The position numbers and the translations under genes were made by a program. Below, piece by piece: positions 1 to 7,703 of a DNA stretch of 16,930 bases (within the stretch, counting starts at the first letter, position 1; each line of letters starts with the position of its first letter). The stretch is taken from IMG/VR virus record IMGVR_UViG_3300000279_000019; one strand, given 5' to 3'. This stretch comes from a virus (lineage: Duplodnaviria; Heunggongvirae; Uroviricota; Caudoviricetes). A model generated the notes under the pieces. The model was not told where the DNA came from. It saw nothing but the letters and a program-made list of their open reading frames with translations, and did not search any database.

Positions 1-42
1 CTCTTTTGGCTTGGCAGTGTCTATTTGACGGGCATTGAGTTT
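1..42. repeat. Terminal direct repeat, copy 1 (identical to 16889-16930)
   Basis: ctcttttggcttggcagtgtctatttgacgggcattgagttt occurs at both window ends; on the minus strand it encodes KLNARQIDTAKPKE, i.e. integrase codons 2-15. Confidence 0.9.
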
Positions 43-45
43 CAC
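1..45 (-). other. int: 5' end of integrase gene (GTG start at 45..43 plus codons 2-15), contiguous with 16930 only if the molecule is circular
   Basis: Reverse complement of 1-45 reads GTG AAA CTC AAT GCC CGT CAA ATA GAC ACT GCC AAG CCA AAA GAG, preceded in frame by a TAG stop; the same codons precede the integrase body at the right end. Confidence 0.5.
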
Positions 46-298
46 TTGGGGGTATCTCCACTAAACTGAACAGCAAATCCCCTCAATTGCTTGTAGAGTT
101 TGGGGTACTTAAATAGACGTCAAAAGACTAAAAGGGGCATTAATATACTGATTATAAGAGGTTTTTAAATACTTGAGTAGACTTGGGGAGACGTTAGAAT
201 GGTGCGATAATAGGAACAAAACATAAACAAAAAATACATTGATATTTAATGATATTTTCATATTTCATTTTTATAGATACCCCCAAAAGTACCCCCAA
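46..298. repeat. Cluster of 11-12 bp GGGGGTA-type repeats in direct and inverted orientation; candidate integrase arm-type sites (attP region) or int promoter/operator
   Basis: TTGGGGGTATCT at 46-57 and its exact reverse complement AGATACCCCCAA at 275-286; TTTGGGGTACTT at 99-110 and near-inverse AGTACCCCCAA at 288-298; CTTGGGGAG at 182-190. Lies immediately upstream of the int start codon in the circular reading. Confidence 0.4.
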
Positions 299-956
299 TA
301 AATTTTCCCTTATCCCAAACCAGGCAAAAATCGACTATCTAGCACTCTTTTTCTTCGAGCCTCAGCCTCACCGGCAGGCAATGATGAAGGGCTGGTGGAT
401 GCCCAAGGATAACCACTAGCGTGAAGTATTTTTTATTTCGCGGGTGTGAAAATTTGACGAGGTGGGTAGTCACGAACAACTGGGTTACAGAGATTATACC
501 CGCCACCACCTATGTTAATGAGGGCAATTATTAGTTGATATACCCACGCTCGTTTTCGCTTAATAGCAGAGCGTGCACAAAATTCACATATTTCCGTCTG
601 CATTCATCTATCGACACAGAAATTCGAGATAGTGGATATGATGAAACAAATCAGTGCTGACATGTGAACATGTTTTCCCTACAAAAATGACTTAAAGCAG
701 TCCATGATTCGGATCTGAAACGCATAAGTTATGGCAGGAATCTTGTTGCACATGGATTACATGTCAATAGCAAGCACGTCTCTGAATGAAGCGTAATTTA
801 ACGCAGATATTATTGAAGCTGCTTAAGCTCATACAGATAAAATTGATAAAAAAATATAAATGCTCAACCTATCTCAAACAACGAGATGAATTAATAGCTT
901 GATGGGCAATAAAATATATAAATAAAAAACACAACATTTAATATTGTAAGACTATG

Positions 957-986
957 AGCAAGGGTGTTGATAATAACACCCTTGCT
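957..986 (-). terminator. Strong stem-loop immediately 3' of the 532-aa ORF (terminator-like, no clean U-tract)
   Basis: agcaagggtgtt / gataat loop / aacacccttgct: perfect 12-bp inverted repeat starting 4 nt after the stop codon at 990-992. Confidence 0.4.
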
Positions 987-989
987 TAA

Positions 990-2588
990 TTACCAATTAA
1001 AAATATAATCTTTTATTTTAAGATACATATCAACTTTCCCAGACCATTTTGATGCACTCTCTTTCATCTTTTCAATAACATCATCAATCAGTAAGTCTCT
1101 TCCTTTTACAATCAATTGATCATCATCAATACCCTCTGGTGCAAATTCATATATGTGCATGCTTAGATTAGACTTCTGAGTATGAGGGAATGAATCTTTT
1201 TCCACACACATATCAATAAACTCATTAATAGATAGTTCTTTCTGTTTACACATCATAAGTAATAATTCGAACTCATCAATTGTTATATAGTAAATTCTTT
1301 TTAGATCAATGGGGATACTATGATATTTTTCAGATAACTCAGTTGATAAATCAGGGTTAATAAAATCCTGCACAACCATTGCATTTGATATATGATGATC
1401 CCGATGCACCACAATTAACATTGAATCTTTCGAAGATGGTTTTCTCATCTCTATTTTATTTAAGTTAAAAGCACATTCCTGACCTTGATAAATCCCTTTA
1501 ATAAAACTCTTATTCAACCTTTCCTTTAGCAACTGAGCATTATTAGATGTTTTAACGAACTTTGCAGGCTCTATTGCCTTCGAGTCAATATAAACTATTG
1601 AATCTCCCTCTGAAATAACAAAATCTACGGACTTGCAATTTTTTATTGCATTATCACTATAAATCCTCTTAACCTCCCTTTCAGTCTTAAAGTTATAATT
1701 GTACTTATCAAGAAAGCGAGAAATATAAAGTTCCATCGTCTTACCAAATTTTTCTTTATAAGATTCCTTATAGACCTGCTTGAACAATTCTGGAACTAGG
1801 TTGACAAACCCTGACTTCATGATTCTTTTGCATAATATCACTACACCATCGCCATCTAAAAACATTGGTTTACTGAGGAATGGTGTATCTTCATAATACT
1901 CAGCGGTAATGTTTTTATCCAATTTATATGGGGCAATAAAATCTCTCACACCATCAATTTTTAAGCATGTTAATTCCAAAAATCTTTTCACTTGTTCCGG
2001 ACCAAATATCGGAACCAAGTTTATTATCAAGTGTTTAAATGGAATAACCTCTGATTCTATATCAGGATTAATACATGAAATAGCGGTAAAATAACATGCC
2101 ATTTTGTAATAGTTTTCCAAATGTAAACCAGTACATTCTAAAAACTTATCTTTATAATATGATTCATCATTCAAGCAATACCAAATATACTGTCTTGTTA
2201 ATGAATTGGCATTAAATTTATCAGTTGATTGATAAAGCAACTGATTTATCACCATTCGTCTAAGGCTTAGCATAACTTTATCATCAACGATTAAATTAGA
2301 TGCTTCTAGTTGCAAGTTATAGATTAAGTTGATAATATCAACAAAATCATTTTTACTCATTTCTTTTGCAGGCTTTTTTTCCTTCATGCAAAACTTCCAT
2401 TTCATTGCCAGATAGCAACACCAAGGGAAATTGGAAACAATACCCACCTCGACATCCCTTACTTTTTGGAAGTGTTCATAAAAATTTCTCAAAAAAGAAA
2501 CATCACTAAAATATGACAATCTTTTCTTAATCGCATCAACTTTTATAGAATATGACACTGGTGTCATTGTTTTTATTGCCACGCTCAT
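990..2588 (-). CDS. Hypothetical 532-aa protein, AT-rich cargo gene, no family recognised; possible PD-(D/E)xK-like motif
   Basis: Longest ORF in the window with ATG start and AAGG about 8 nt upstream; K/N/I/Y-rich composition from AT-rich DNA, in contrast to the roughly balanced backbone; segment VDFVISEGDSIVYIDSK resembles a D...(D/E)xK nuclease core; no Walker A motif seen. Confidence 0.75.
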   Translation of the reverse strand: MSVAIKTMTPVSYSIKVDAIKKRLSYFSDVSFLRNFYEHFQKVRDVEVGIVSNFPWCCYLAMKWKFCMKEKKPAKEMSKNDFVDIINLIYNLQLEASNLIVDDKVMLSLRRMVINQLLYQSTDKFNANSLTRQYIWYCLNDESYYKDKFLECTGLHLENYYKMACYFTAISCINPDIESEVIPFKHLIINLVPIFGPEQVKRFLELTCLKIDGVRDFIAPYKLDKNITAEYYEDTPFLSKPMFLDGDGVVILCKRIMKSGFVNLVPELFKQVYKESYKEKFGKTMELYISRFLDKYNYNFKTEREVKRIYSDNAIKNCKSVDFVISEGDSIVYIDSKAIEPAKFVKTSNNAQLLKERLNKSFIKGIYQGQECAFNLNKIEMRKPSSKDSMLIVVHRDHHISNAMVVQDFINPDLSTELSEKYHSIPIDLKRIYYITIDEFELLLMMCKQKELSINEFIDMCVEKDSFPHTQKSNLSMHIYEFAPEGIDDDQLIVKGRDLLIDDVIEKMKESASKWSGKVDMYLKIKDYIFNW

Positions 2589-3193
2589 AAAAAACCTTTT
2601 ATGATAAACATAGAGAAATATTTTATTTAAAAATTATCAAATACACGTTAATAAATATACATTTTTTAATTTTGCGTGCAACCCTATCCCCAATCAATAC
2701 AAAATATTGTGCACACAAAATTGAAGAAGCCTATAACTATAGGTGCCTACTGACACCTATCAAGAAACTTGTTCACCCCCGACACAATTTAATTTGGCGT
2801 AGCTCACAATGTTCTCCTCAGCACACCTACCCCCCACTTTATAGGACAGTTTTCATGCAGTACATGCATAAACAAAAGCTCATCAGTTCTGGTGGTTCCT
2901 CACCACGAACATGCAGATAATACCTCAAAACATCATGTAACAATGTTGGCATTACGCCACCAGCCACAAAAAAGCCCTACCCTTAGGCTTAATGTTTGGC
3001 TTGGCTGTTGGCTTACTATAACGCCCCGCTCACCGTCGCAGCCTGTTCGGTTTCCGCCACTGATACGGCCTCACATCATCATGCTGATAGATGTCGACGG
3101 GCTACCAGTACCATTTGCTCACCAACCCCATATTTTCCATGTTAATCTTCTCTTTCCACATGCTTTGTATGGTAATAAGCAAAAGGAAAAATG

Positions 3194-3448
3194 ATGAACA
3201 CTAAGGTGAAAGAAGCAGTAAAATGTTGGGCTTCTAGTCCAACGTGGTTTAGCAGGCATCCAATGGATACGGCGGAGTTCCGACGGGCTGTTTCAAATCT
3301 CAAGCGCATTACCCCTACCCCATCTTTCGAAGAAATCAAAGAAGCGATCATGTTCTTTGTTTCCGATGCGCCAACAATGCTAGGTACGCCGTCGGATATT
3401 CCTCAGGCGGTTCATGACTTCGCTGGAAAAATTTATAACAAGCTGTGA
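3194..3448 (+). CDS. Hypothetical small protein (84 aa)
   Basis: AAGGA at 3183-3187 with 6-nt spacer to ATG 3194 (an ATG at 3191 is also possible); TGA at 3446-3448; followed by a hairpin terminator. Only confident plus-strand gene in the left half. Confidence 0.55.
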   Translation: MNTKVKEAVKCWASSPTWFSRHPMDTAEFRRAVSNLKRITPTPSFEEIKEAIMFFVSDAPTMLGTPSDIPQAVHDFAGKIYNKL

Positions 3449-3454
3449 GCAAAA

Positions 3455-3475
3455 TGCGGGCTATCCCAGCCCGCA
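3455..3475. terminator. Bidirectional hairpin between convergent genes
   Basis: tgcgggct / atccc / agcccgca, an 8-bp GC-rich stem; A-run on the plus side gives a T-run after the hairpin for the minus-strand transcript. Confidence 0.5.
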
Positions 3476-3482
3476 TCCCTAA

Positions 3483-3665
3483 TTAACGCCGTAACTTGTT
3501 TGGCTTCGTCCATTGGTACGCCTTTTCGTTTTCCCGCCGCTGGTGGCGTTCCTGTTGCAGCACAACGGAAACAGGCGCTGAACACCTGTTAATTTTGCTT
3601 GCTGGTTGTTTGATTCCGGCAATGCTGCGGATCATCTCCAGCATATCGGCTTCGGTGATGGTCAT
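3483..3665 (-). CDS. Hypothetical small protein (60 aa), downstream partner of the 193-aa membrane protein
   Basis: ATG at 3665 preceded by AGGAAA with a 4-nt spacer (sequence taggaaacctATG); earlier in-frame ATGs at 3692 and 3686 lack an SD. Product MTITEADMLEMIRS..., basic C-terminus. Confidence 0.45.
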   Translation of the reverse strand: MTITEADMLEMIRSIAGIKQPASKINRCSAPVSVVLQQERHQRRENEKAYQWTKPNKLRR

Positions 3666-3714
3666 AGGTTTCCTATCAGCACTCATATCCAATTAATAAG
3701 TTCAATACAATGGA

Positions 3715-4296
3715 TTATCCCGTTTTAGTGACTAACCATTGCAGAATAACGATAATTAAATATGTTAATGTGCCAGTTCCAAGAAGTATTAATAATTGAT
3801 AGCAACGTAGGGCAATATTACTAATCGATTTTTGCATCACGATATTCACTGGCTCAGCCACACACTCTTTAGATCTTATCGATAGAATACTTGGAACTTC
3901 TCTATTTATTGATAATATTTCACATTGAATAGACTCACCAGGTGCAAGGCTTTCAAACTTGATAATATAGCGACCATCCTGTTCAATATTTTCTTCAAAA
4001 TGGTGGACAGGCCAAAAATTAATATGCATTGGCTTATAGTTAAAAACCAATGAGATATTAGTAGCACTTTCTCGCCCTTCATTAACAAGAATAATAGATC
4101 GTGTATACACCAACTGTGAATTAGATATTACCTCACCATTGGCATTCCGTAAGGGTTCATTGAGAAGAAAAGTAAATCCATGCTGATAACCATAGGATAA
4201 CTTTGCCTTGCTTTTAAATCTGTTATTCAGTATCCATGTTAAAATCGTTATAAAAAAAGAAAATAGTTCTTTCCCATAAAGACTAAAAAAACTCAT
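3715..4296 (-). CDS. Hypothetical membrane protein (193 aa) with N- and C-terminal hydrophobic helices, AT-rich cargo
   Basis: GAAGGA SD 6 nt before ATG 4296 (GTG at 4299 also in frame); hydrophobic stretches FSFFITILTWIL and LLILLGTGTLTYLIIVILQWLV flank a roughly 140-aa soluble domain; AT-rich like the 532-aa gene. Confidence 0.65.
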   Translation of the reverse strand: MSFFSLYGKELFSFFITILTWILNNRFKSKAKLSYGYQHGFTFLLNEPLRNANGEVISNSQLVYTRSIILVNEGRESATNISLVFNYKPMHINFWPVHHFEENIEQDGRYIIKFESLAPGESIQCEILSINREVPSILSIRSKECVAEPVNIVMQKSISNIALRCYQLLILLGTGTLTYLIIVILQWLVTKTG

Positions 4297-4430
4297 CACA
4301 CATTTCCTTCAGTAATCTGATTCTGCTGTCAAAGCTACCAGCACTATAGTCATTCATCCACATTGCGACAAGAAGGTTACAGCACGTCCAATCACACCTT
4401 AGGAAATCTTAGGGGGCTGGTTGACACTTT

Positions 4431-4687
4431 CCGGCTTAAGACCTTAATAAATCTTAATATCGCAGGTTGACACACTTGACACTTTTTCGCGAAAAACCTT
4501 AGCATTTCTAAGCATGGCAACTTGACATTTTTCGCGGTTTTTTCGGCTTTTTGACGTGGTAAATCTGGCACAAACCCAGTAATTGCGGGGCTTACAGCGA
4601 GGTTGACACTTTTTCGCGTTCAGAGTGTAAAGTGTCAACCTGGCAAGCTGTCAACCTGGCAAGCTGGCAAGCTGCTCAACTTGACAC
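4431..4687. repeat. Array of TTGACAC(TTTTTCGCG) repeats with a tandem 16-bp repeat; candidate binding-site array (packaging recognition or regulation)
   Basis: TTGACAC at 4431, 4467, 4476, 4603, 4681; TTGACATTTTTCGCG at 4522; TTGACG at 4551; inverted GTGTCAA at 4633; tandem gtcaacctggcaagct at 4634-4649 and 4650-4665 plus a partial third copy. No credible ORF spans it. Confidence 0.6.
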
Positions 4688-4696
4688 TTTTTGATG

Positions 4697-5224
4697 TCAT
4701 TGATGGTCTGATTTTTCCCACTCAGCCAGGGCGTTTAACCCGGCTTCACTCCATGATTCCGGTTCATCGGGATAATCACCTGCAACATAGCAGAGTTCGC
4801 AACGCAGCATACGAATTGCCAGCCTGGCATTACCTCGCAAATTGTATTTTTCAAAGTAATGCTGCCCTTCATCATCCTCAAGGCAGATAGCACCATCATC
4901 AAGAAAGTGCACTTCCCAGCCTAATTCCCCGGCTGCATACAGCACACGCTGCTGTATGCCCTCGTCCGTTACTGGCGCAGGAATTTTACCGTCTCTGGCC
5001 TTAACTGCTTTCCAGAACTCGCCCCATGTCATTTCCAGCGTTCTTTCTGGCCACATTTCAGAAATGGTGCCTTTCCCCTGTGCTGGTGGGCTGTTCCGCT
5101 GCTCTGTCGCTTCCACATCAATTTTTTTACCGGACATGACCACTTCGCCTTTCTCGAGCCAGTCGTAAACTGTCTGGCGGCTTACGCCTTTGTATTTGGC
5201 GTATTCGGCTTTACTCATCAACAT
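4697..5224 (-). CDS. DNA-binding protein with N-terminal lambda Nu1-like (terminase small subunit-type) winged HTH; possible packaging-redirection or regulatory protein
   Basis: GAGGTGA SD 5 nt upstream of ATG 5224; N-terminus SKAEYAKYKGVSRQTVYDWLEKGEV closely parallels Nu1 KKQLADIFGASIRTIQNWQEQGMPV; acidic C-terminal half. Confidence 0.55.
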   Translation of the reverse strand: MLMSKAEYAKYKGVSRQTVYDWLEKGEVVMSGKKIDVEATEQRNSPPAQGKGTISEMWPERTLEMTWGEFWKAVKARDGKIPAPVTDEGIQQRVLYAAGELGWEVHFLDDGAICLEDDEGQHYFEKYNLRGNARLAIRMLRCELCYVAGDYPDEPESWSEAGLNALAEWEKSDHQ

Positions 5225-5323
5225 GTAGCTCACCTCATGCATATACGATAAAAAATAATTTCATGCGGAAAGGGAATGCGTTGTGGGTATGGAGGAAAGG
5301 GGCAATAACCGCCCCTTACTGAT

Positions 5324-5596
5324 TCAGTTGCGCCAGGATGGCTGGCTAAGCGTGGTTTTCATTACATCATTGACGACCTGTTTTACGATTTCTGTGTTGG
5401 CAGTCGTGCTTTCAACATCAACAAAGCCATAATCGCCAATTTCCACCGTCAGGGATTCCAGTTTCTTCCCTAGAGCATCAGGCAACTCTCCACTGAACCG
5501 ATGCTGAAGATTTTCCACCAGCAACGCCCTGAATGCCTCGCTGTTCTCTTTTTTCTGCCATAGCTGGCGTTTATCCACTCTGATATTTAATTTCAC
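5324..5596 (-). CDS. Hypothetical protein (90 aa)
   Basis: GTG start with AGAGGTGA SD 5 nt upstream; GTGA overlap with the stop of the upstream 55-aa ORF (translational coupling). Confidence 0.5.
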   Translation of the reverse strand: MKLNIRVDKRQLWQKKENSEAFRALLVENLQHRFSGELPDALGKKLESLTVEIGDYGFVDVESTTANTEIVKQVVNDVMKTTLSQPSWRN

Positions 5597-5760
5597 AGTC
5601 TCACCTCTTTAAGTGCCTTATCCATCAGTTGCCGAGCGATAACATGAATCGACGGTGCCACACCAAGCACAGATTTCTGACGCTCTTCGTCCTGGATGCG
5701 TTGCAGGGCTTCGATCTGCCTCCGGGAAAGTAAAACTGGCTTTACTCCGTGATTTTTCAT
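5593..5760 (-). CDS. Small putative DNA-binding protein (55 aa), Arc/ribbon-helix-helix-like guess
   Basis: ATG at 5760 preceded by AGGGA; product MKNHGVKPVLLSRRQIEALQRIQDEERQK...; the longer 107-aa version upstream is Cys/Asn-rich and looks spurious. Confidence 0.5.
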   Translation of the reverse strand: MKNHGVKPVLLSRRQIEALQRIQDEERQKSVLGVAPSIHVIARQLMDKALKEVRL

Positions 5761-5924
5761 GATGATCCCTTCTGAATGACAATAATTGCAATTATTGCAC
5801 AAATTGAAATGATACCAGAGACAATTGCAATAAATGAAACGAAAAGCATCAATAAACCAACCTTCGGCACTGAATGCTCTGATTTTTCTGCAAAGGTATG
5901 GCAGATGTTGGTGCATGCAAACAT
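5757..5924 (-). CDS. Possible small hydrophobic membrane peptide (start uncertain)
   Basis: ORF ends with ATGA overlap onto the 55-aa gene; C-terminal 30 aa MLFVSFIAIVSGIISICAIIAIIVIQKGSS is one TM helix; candidate starts GTG 5996, ATG 5924, ATG 5849 all have weak or no SD. Confidence 0.3.
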   Translation of the reverse strand: MFACTNICHTFAEKSEHSVPKVGLLMLFVSFIAIVSGIISICAIIAIIVIQKGSS

Positions 5925-6038
5925 AAAGGCAATAGCAGAAGAAGCAGCGGGGAGTGAAAAGGGGAAGTTTTTATAAATACACGATTGTCGCCTCACTGCA
6001 GGTTAACAGCCACAAGCTCCATGATAATAACTTGTTAA

Positions 6039-6362
6039 TTATTTCATCAGATTTTTCATTATTTGCGCGATTGAGTACACAAGCAAAAACTCGGCAGCCG
6101 CAAGAGTATAAAAAACATAAATTCGCTTAGCCCACCGACGATGAAAGAACTCCTCAGCATGGCCGGATGTTCGAGATACAAGCCATGCACCTACTGCACA
6201 CAGAGCAGGTGCAATGAGCACAGTTATAAACCAGATTGTGATGCCCATCCCATGCCTACTGATAATAGCCATTGGTATTGCAAAAATGAATGTTAGAGCA
6301 GCATTAGCTAATAGAATATCTTTTAAAGTATTTTCAATTAGTTTTGCTAGATTATCTTTCAT
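6039..6362 (-). CDS. Small inner-membrane protein (107 aa, about 3 predicted TM helices)
   Basis: ATG 6362 with GGGGGA SD; hydrophobic segments LLANAALTFIFAIPMAII, ITIWFITVLIAPALCAVGAWLV, IYVFYTLAAAEFLLVYSIA. Confidence 0.65.
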   Translation of the reverse strand: MKDNLAKLIENTLKDILLANAALTFIFAIPMAIISRHGMGITIWFITVLIAPALCAVGAWLVSRTSGHAEEFFHRRWAKRIYVFYTLAAAEFLLVYSIAQIMKNLMK

Positions 6363-6393
6363 CTAATCCCCCACGTTGAACATTAATATATAA

Positions 6394-6414
6394 AAGCCCC
6401 TTACTAAGGGGCTT
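6394..6414 (-). terminator. Intrinsic terminator-like hairpin downstream of the lipoprotein gene
   Basis: aagcccctt / act / aaggggctt GC-rich stem; on the minus strand it is followed by TTTTATATATT. Confidence 0.5.
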
Positions 6415-6426
6415 TGCACGGATTGT

Positions 6427-7569
6427 TTAAAGGGAACTTTTTTTCGCCCCTTCAATTTCTGCCTGACAAATTTCGTCATTTGTAAATGAGTACTGCAGAT
6501 AGACATATCCCTGAGTGGAATTGTTCGCTCTGGCCTCAATAGATATAGTATCAATATTGTTTTTTAATGGTATTTCTTTTGTTCCCTTCCATGTGGCAGA
6601 TAAGAAGCGTTCTTTTTTGTTTAGCCCCCTCATCCAGTCCTGAGGATCTTTCCAAATTGAACCAGCCAGCAAAAAGTCTGTAGTATCAGCCTTTCCATAC
6701 AGAGAACTTAAAGAATTACTCAATTCTTCAAACTTGGATTTAAGAGCCAATCCATAGCTATCAGTATCAATATTTTTTCCTAAAGCCCGTATTTGACATA
6801 AACCAGCTTTCGGGGAGATCAGCAAACCATACATTTCAAAATCTGCGTTTTGCTTCGGTAATTTATCAGAAGTATACAGATTCACACTGTCTGGTAGTGG
6901 CTTGAGCTTAGCACCGATCATATCTTCGATGTTTTTCTGTGTAAGACCGGCTTCTAAGCCAAACGGACCATCCGCTGGCGGGAGTAAAGGAAGTTGCTCT
7001 TGGGAATTTTTGGCTGTTACTTCCGTTTCAGTACTGTTTTTTGCGTCATTAGCTTGTACTGATGCCAGCTTAACTTCAGCGAGGCCATACTTGGCTGTGA
7101 GGTACTTTTGCTGCAACATTGCCATGGTCTGCTCTTCAGTGGCAACAGTAGATAATTTTAGTACCTTTATCAGACCACCACTATACTGACGAGCATCAGC
7201 TTTGGCTTCGTTGATTTTTGCATCTAAGCTGTCAATTTCAGTTTTAATTGAAGCCGCAAGCTCAGGATCAGGTTTTACTCCAGATACAACAACATCAATT
7301 TTGGCACCTGATTCAATAGCATTAATACGCTGTTCCAAAAGCGCTTTATTAGTTCCTAATATTTCCAGTCTTGCTGTTGTCAGATTTTTTATCAACCCAC
7401 CAGAAAACTGCTGGTCAACTTCCTTAGCTGCTGATATTTCACCTTCCGTTTGCGACAGTTCAGCTTTAAGAGCAGCTACTTCCTGTTTCTGTTCTGGAGT
7501 TAACTCTTCTGGCCCACATCCGGTTAACATTACTATACCGACTAATGTTGCAATTAAAGTTTTATTCAT
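6427..7569 (-). CDS. Lipoprotein (380 aa) with coiled-coil N-terminal half and internal repeat
   Basis: Signal peptide MNKTLIATLVGIVMLTGC with lipobox L-T-G-C; repeated motif Q(F/Y)SGGLIK(N/V)L; long alpha-helical, charged region; C-terminal domain of unknown type. Confidence 0.75.
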   Translation of the reverse strand: MNKTLIATLVGIVMLTGCGPEELTPEQKQEVAALKAELSQTEGEISAAKEVDQQFSGGLIKNLTTARLEILGTNKALLEQRINAIESGAKIDVVVSGVKPDPELAASIKTEIDSLDAKINEAKADARQYSGGLIKVLKLSTVATEEQTMAMLQQKYLTAKYGLAEVKLASVQANDAKNSTETEVTAKNSQEQLPLLPPADGPFGLEAGLTQKNIEDMIGAKLKPLPDSVNLYTSDKLPKQNADFEMYGLLISPKAGLCQIRALGKNIDTDSYGLALKSKFEELSNSLSSLYGKADTTDFLLAGSIWKDPQDWMRGLNKKERFLSATWKGTKEIPLKNNIDTISIEARANNSTQGYVYLQYSFTNDEICQAEIEGAKKSSL

Positions 7570-7703
7570 ATCCCTATTCCAAATGAAAATATTCAGATTA
7601 ATCTTATCAGGAACCCAGATGCAATTGAATATTCATCTGCTCAGCAACGTAGTAGATTTCCTCAGAAAGCATCAACAAAAAACCAAGAGAATCCCATCCT
7701 CTG

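Noticed and set aside
46-990. tRNA gene expected next to a P4-type integrase
   Set aside because: No T-arm-like GGTTCGA-type motif or acceptor-stem/CCA end found by eye on either strand; integration target therefore left unassigned.
2672-3194. Plus-strand ORFs 2672-2920 and 2892-3194
   Set aside because: No ribosome-binding sites and improbable His/Pro/Arg-rich composition; treated as non-coding intergenic sequence.
3142-3351. Minus-strand ORF 3142-3351 and the pair 3496-3696 (+) / 3906-4088 (-)
   Set aside because: Each overlaps a better-supported gene on the opposite strand or in another frame and lacks start signals.
4444-4890. ORFs 4444-4638 (-) and 4603-4890 (+) across the TTGACAC repeat array
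   Set aside because: They are built from the repeat units themselves and overlap the Nu1-like gene in the wrong frame.
5593-5916. 107-aa extended version of the 55-aa gene, and plus-strand ORF 5776-5976
   Set aside because: The extension is Cys/Asn-rich with no SD, whereas ATG 5760 has one; the plus-strand ORF is antisense to the hydrophobic peptide region and has no start signals.
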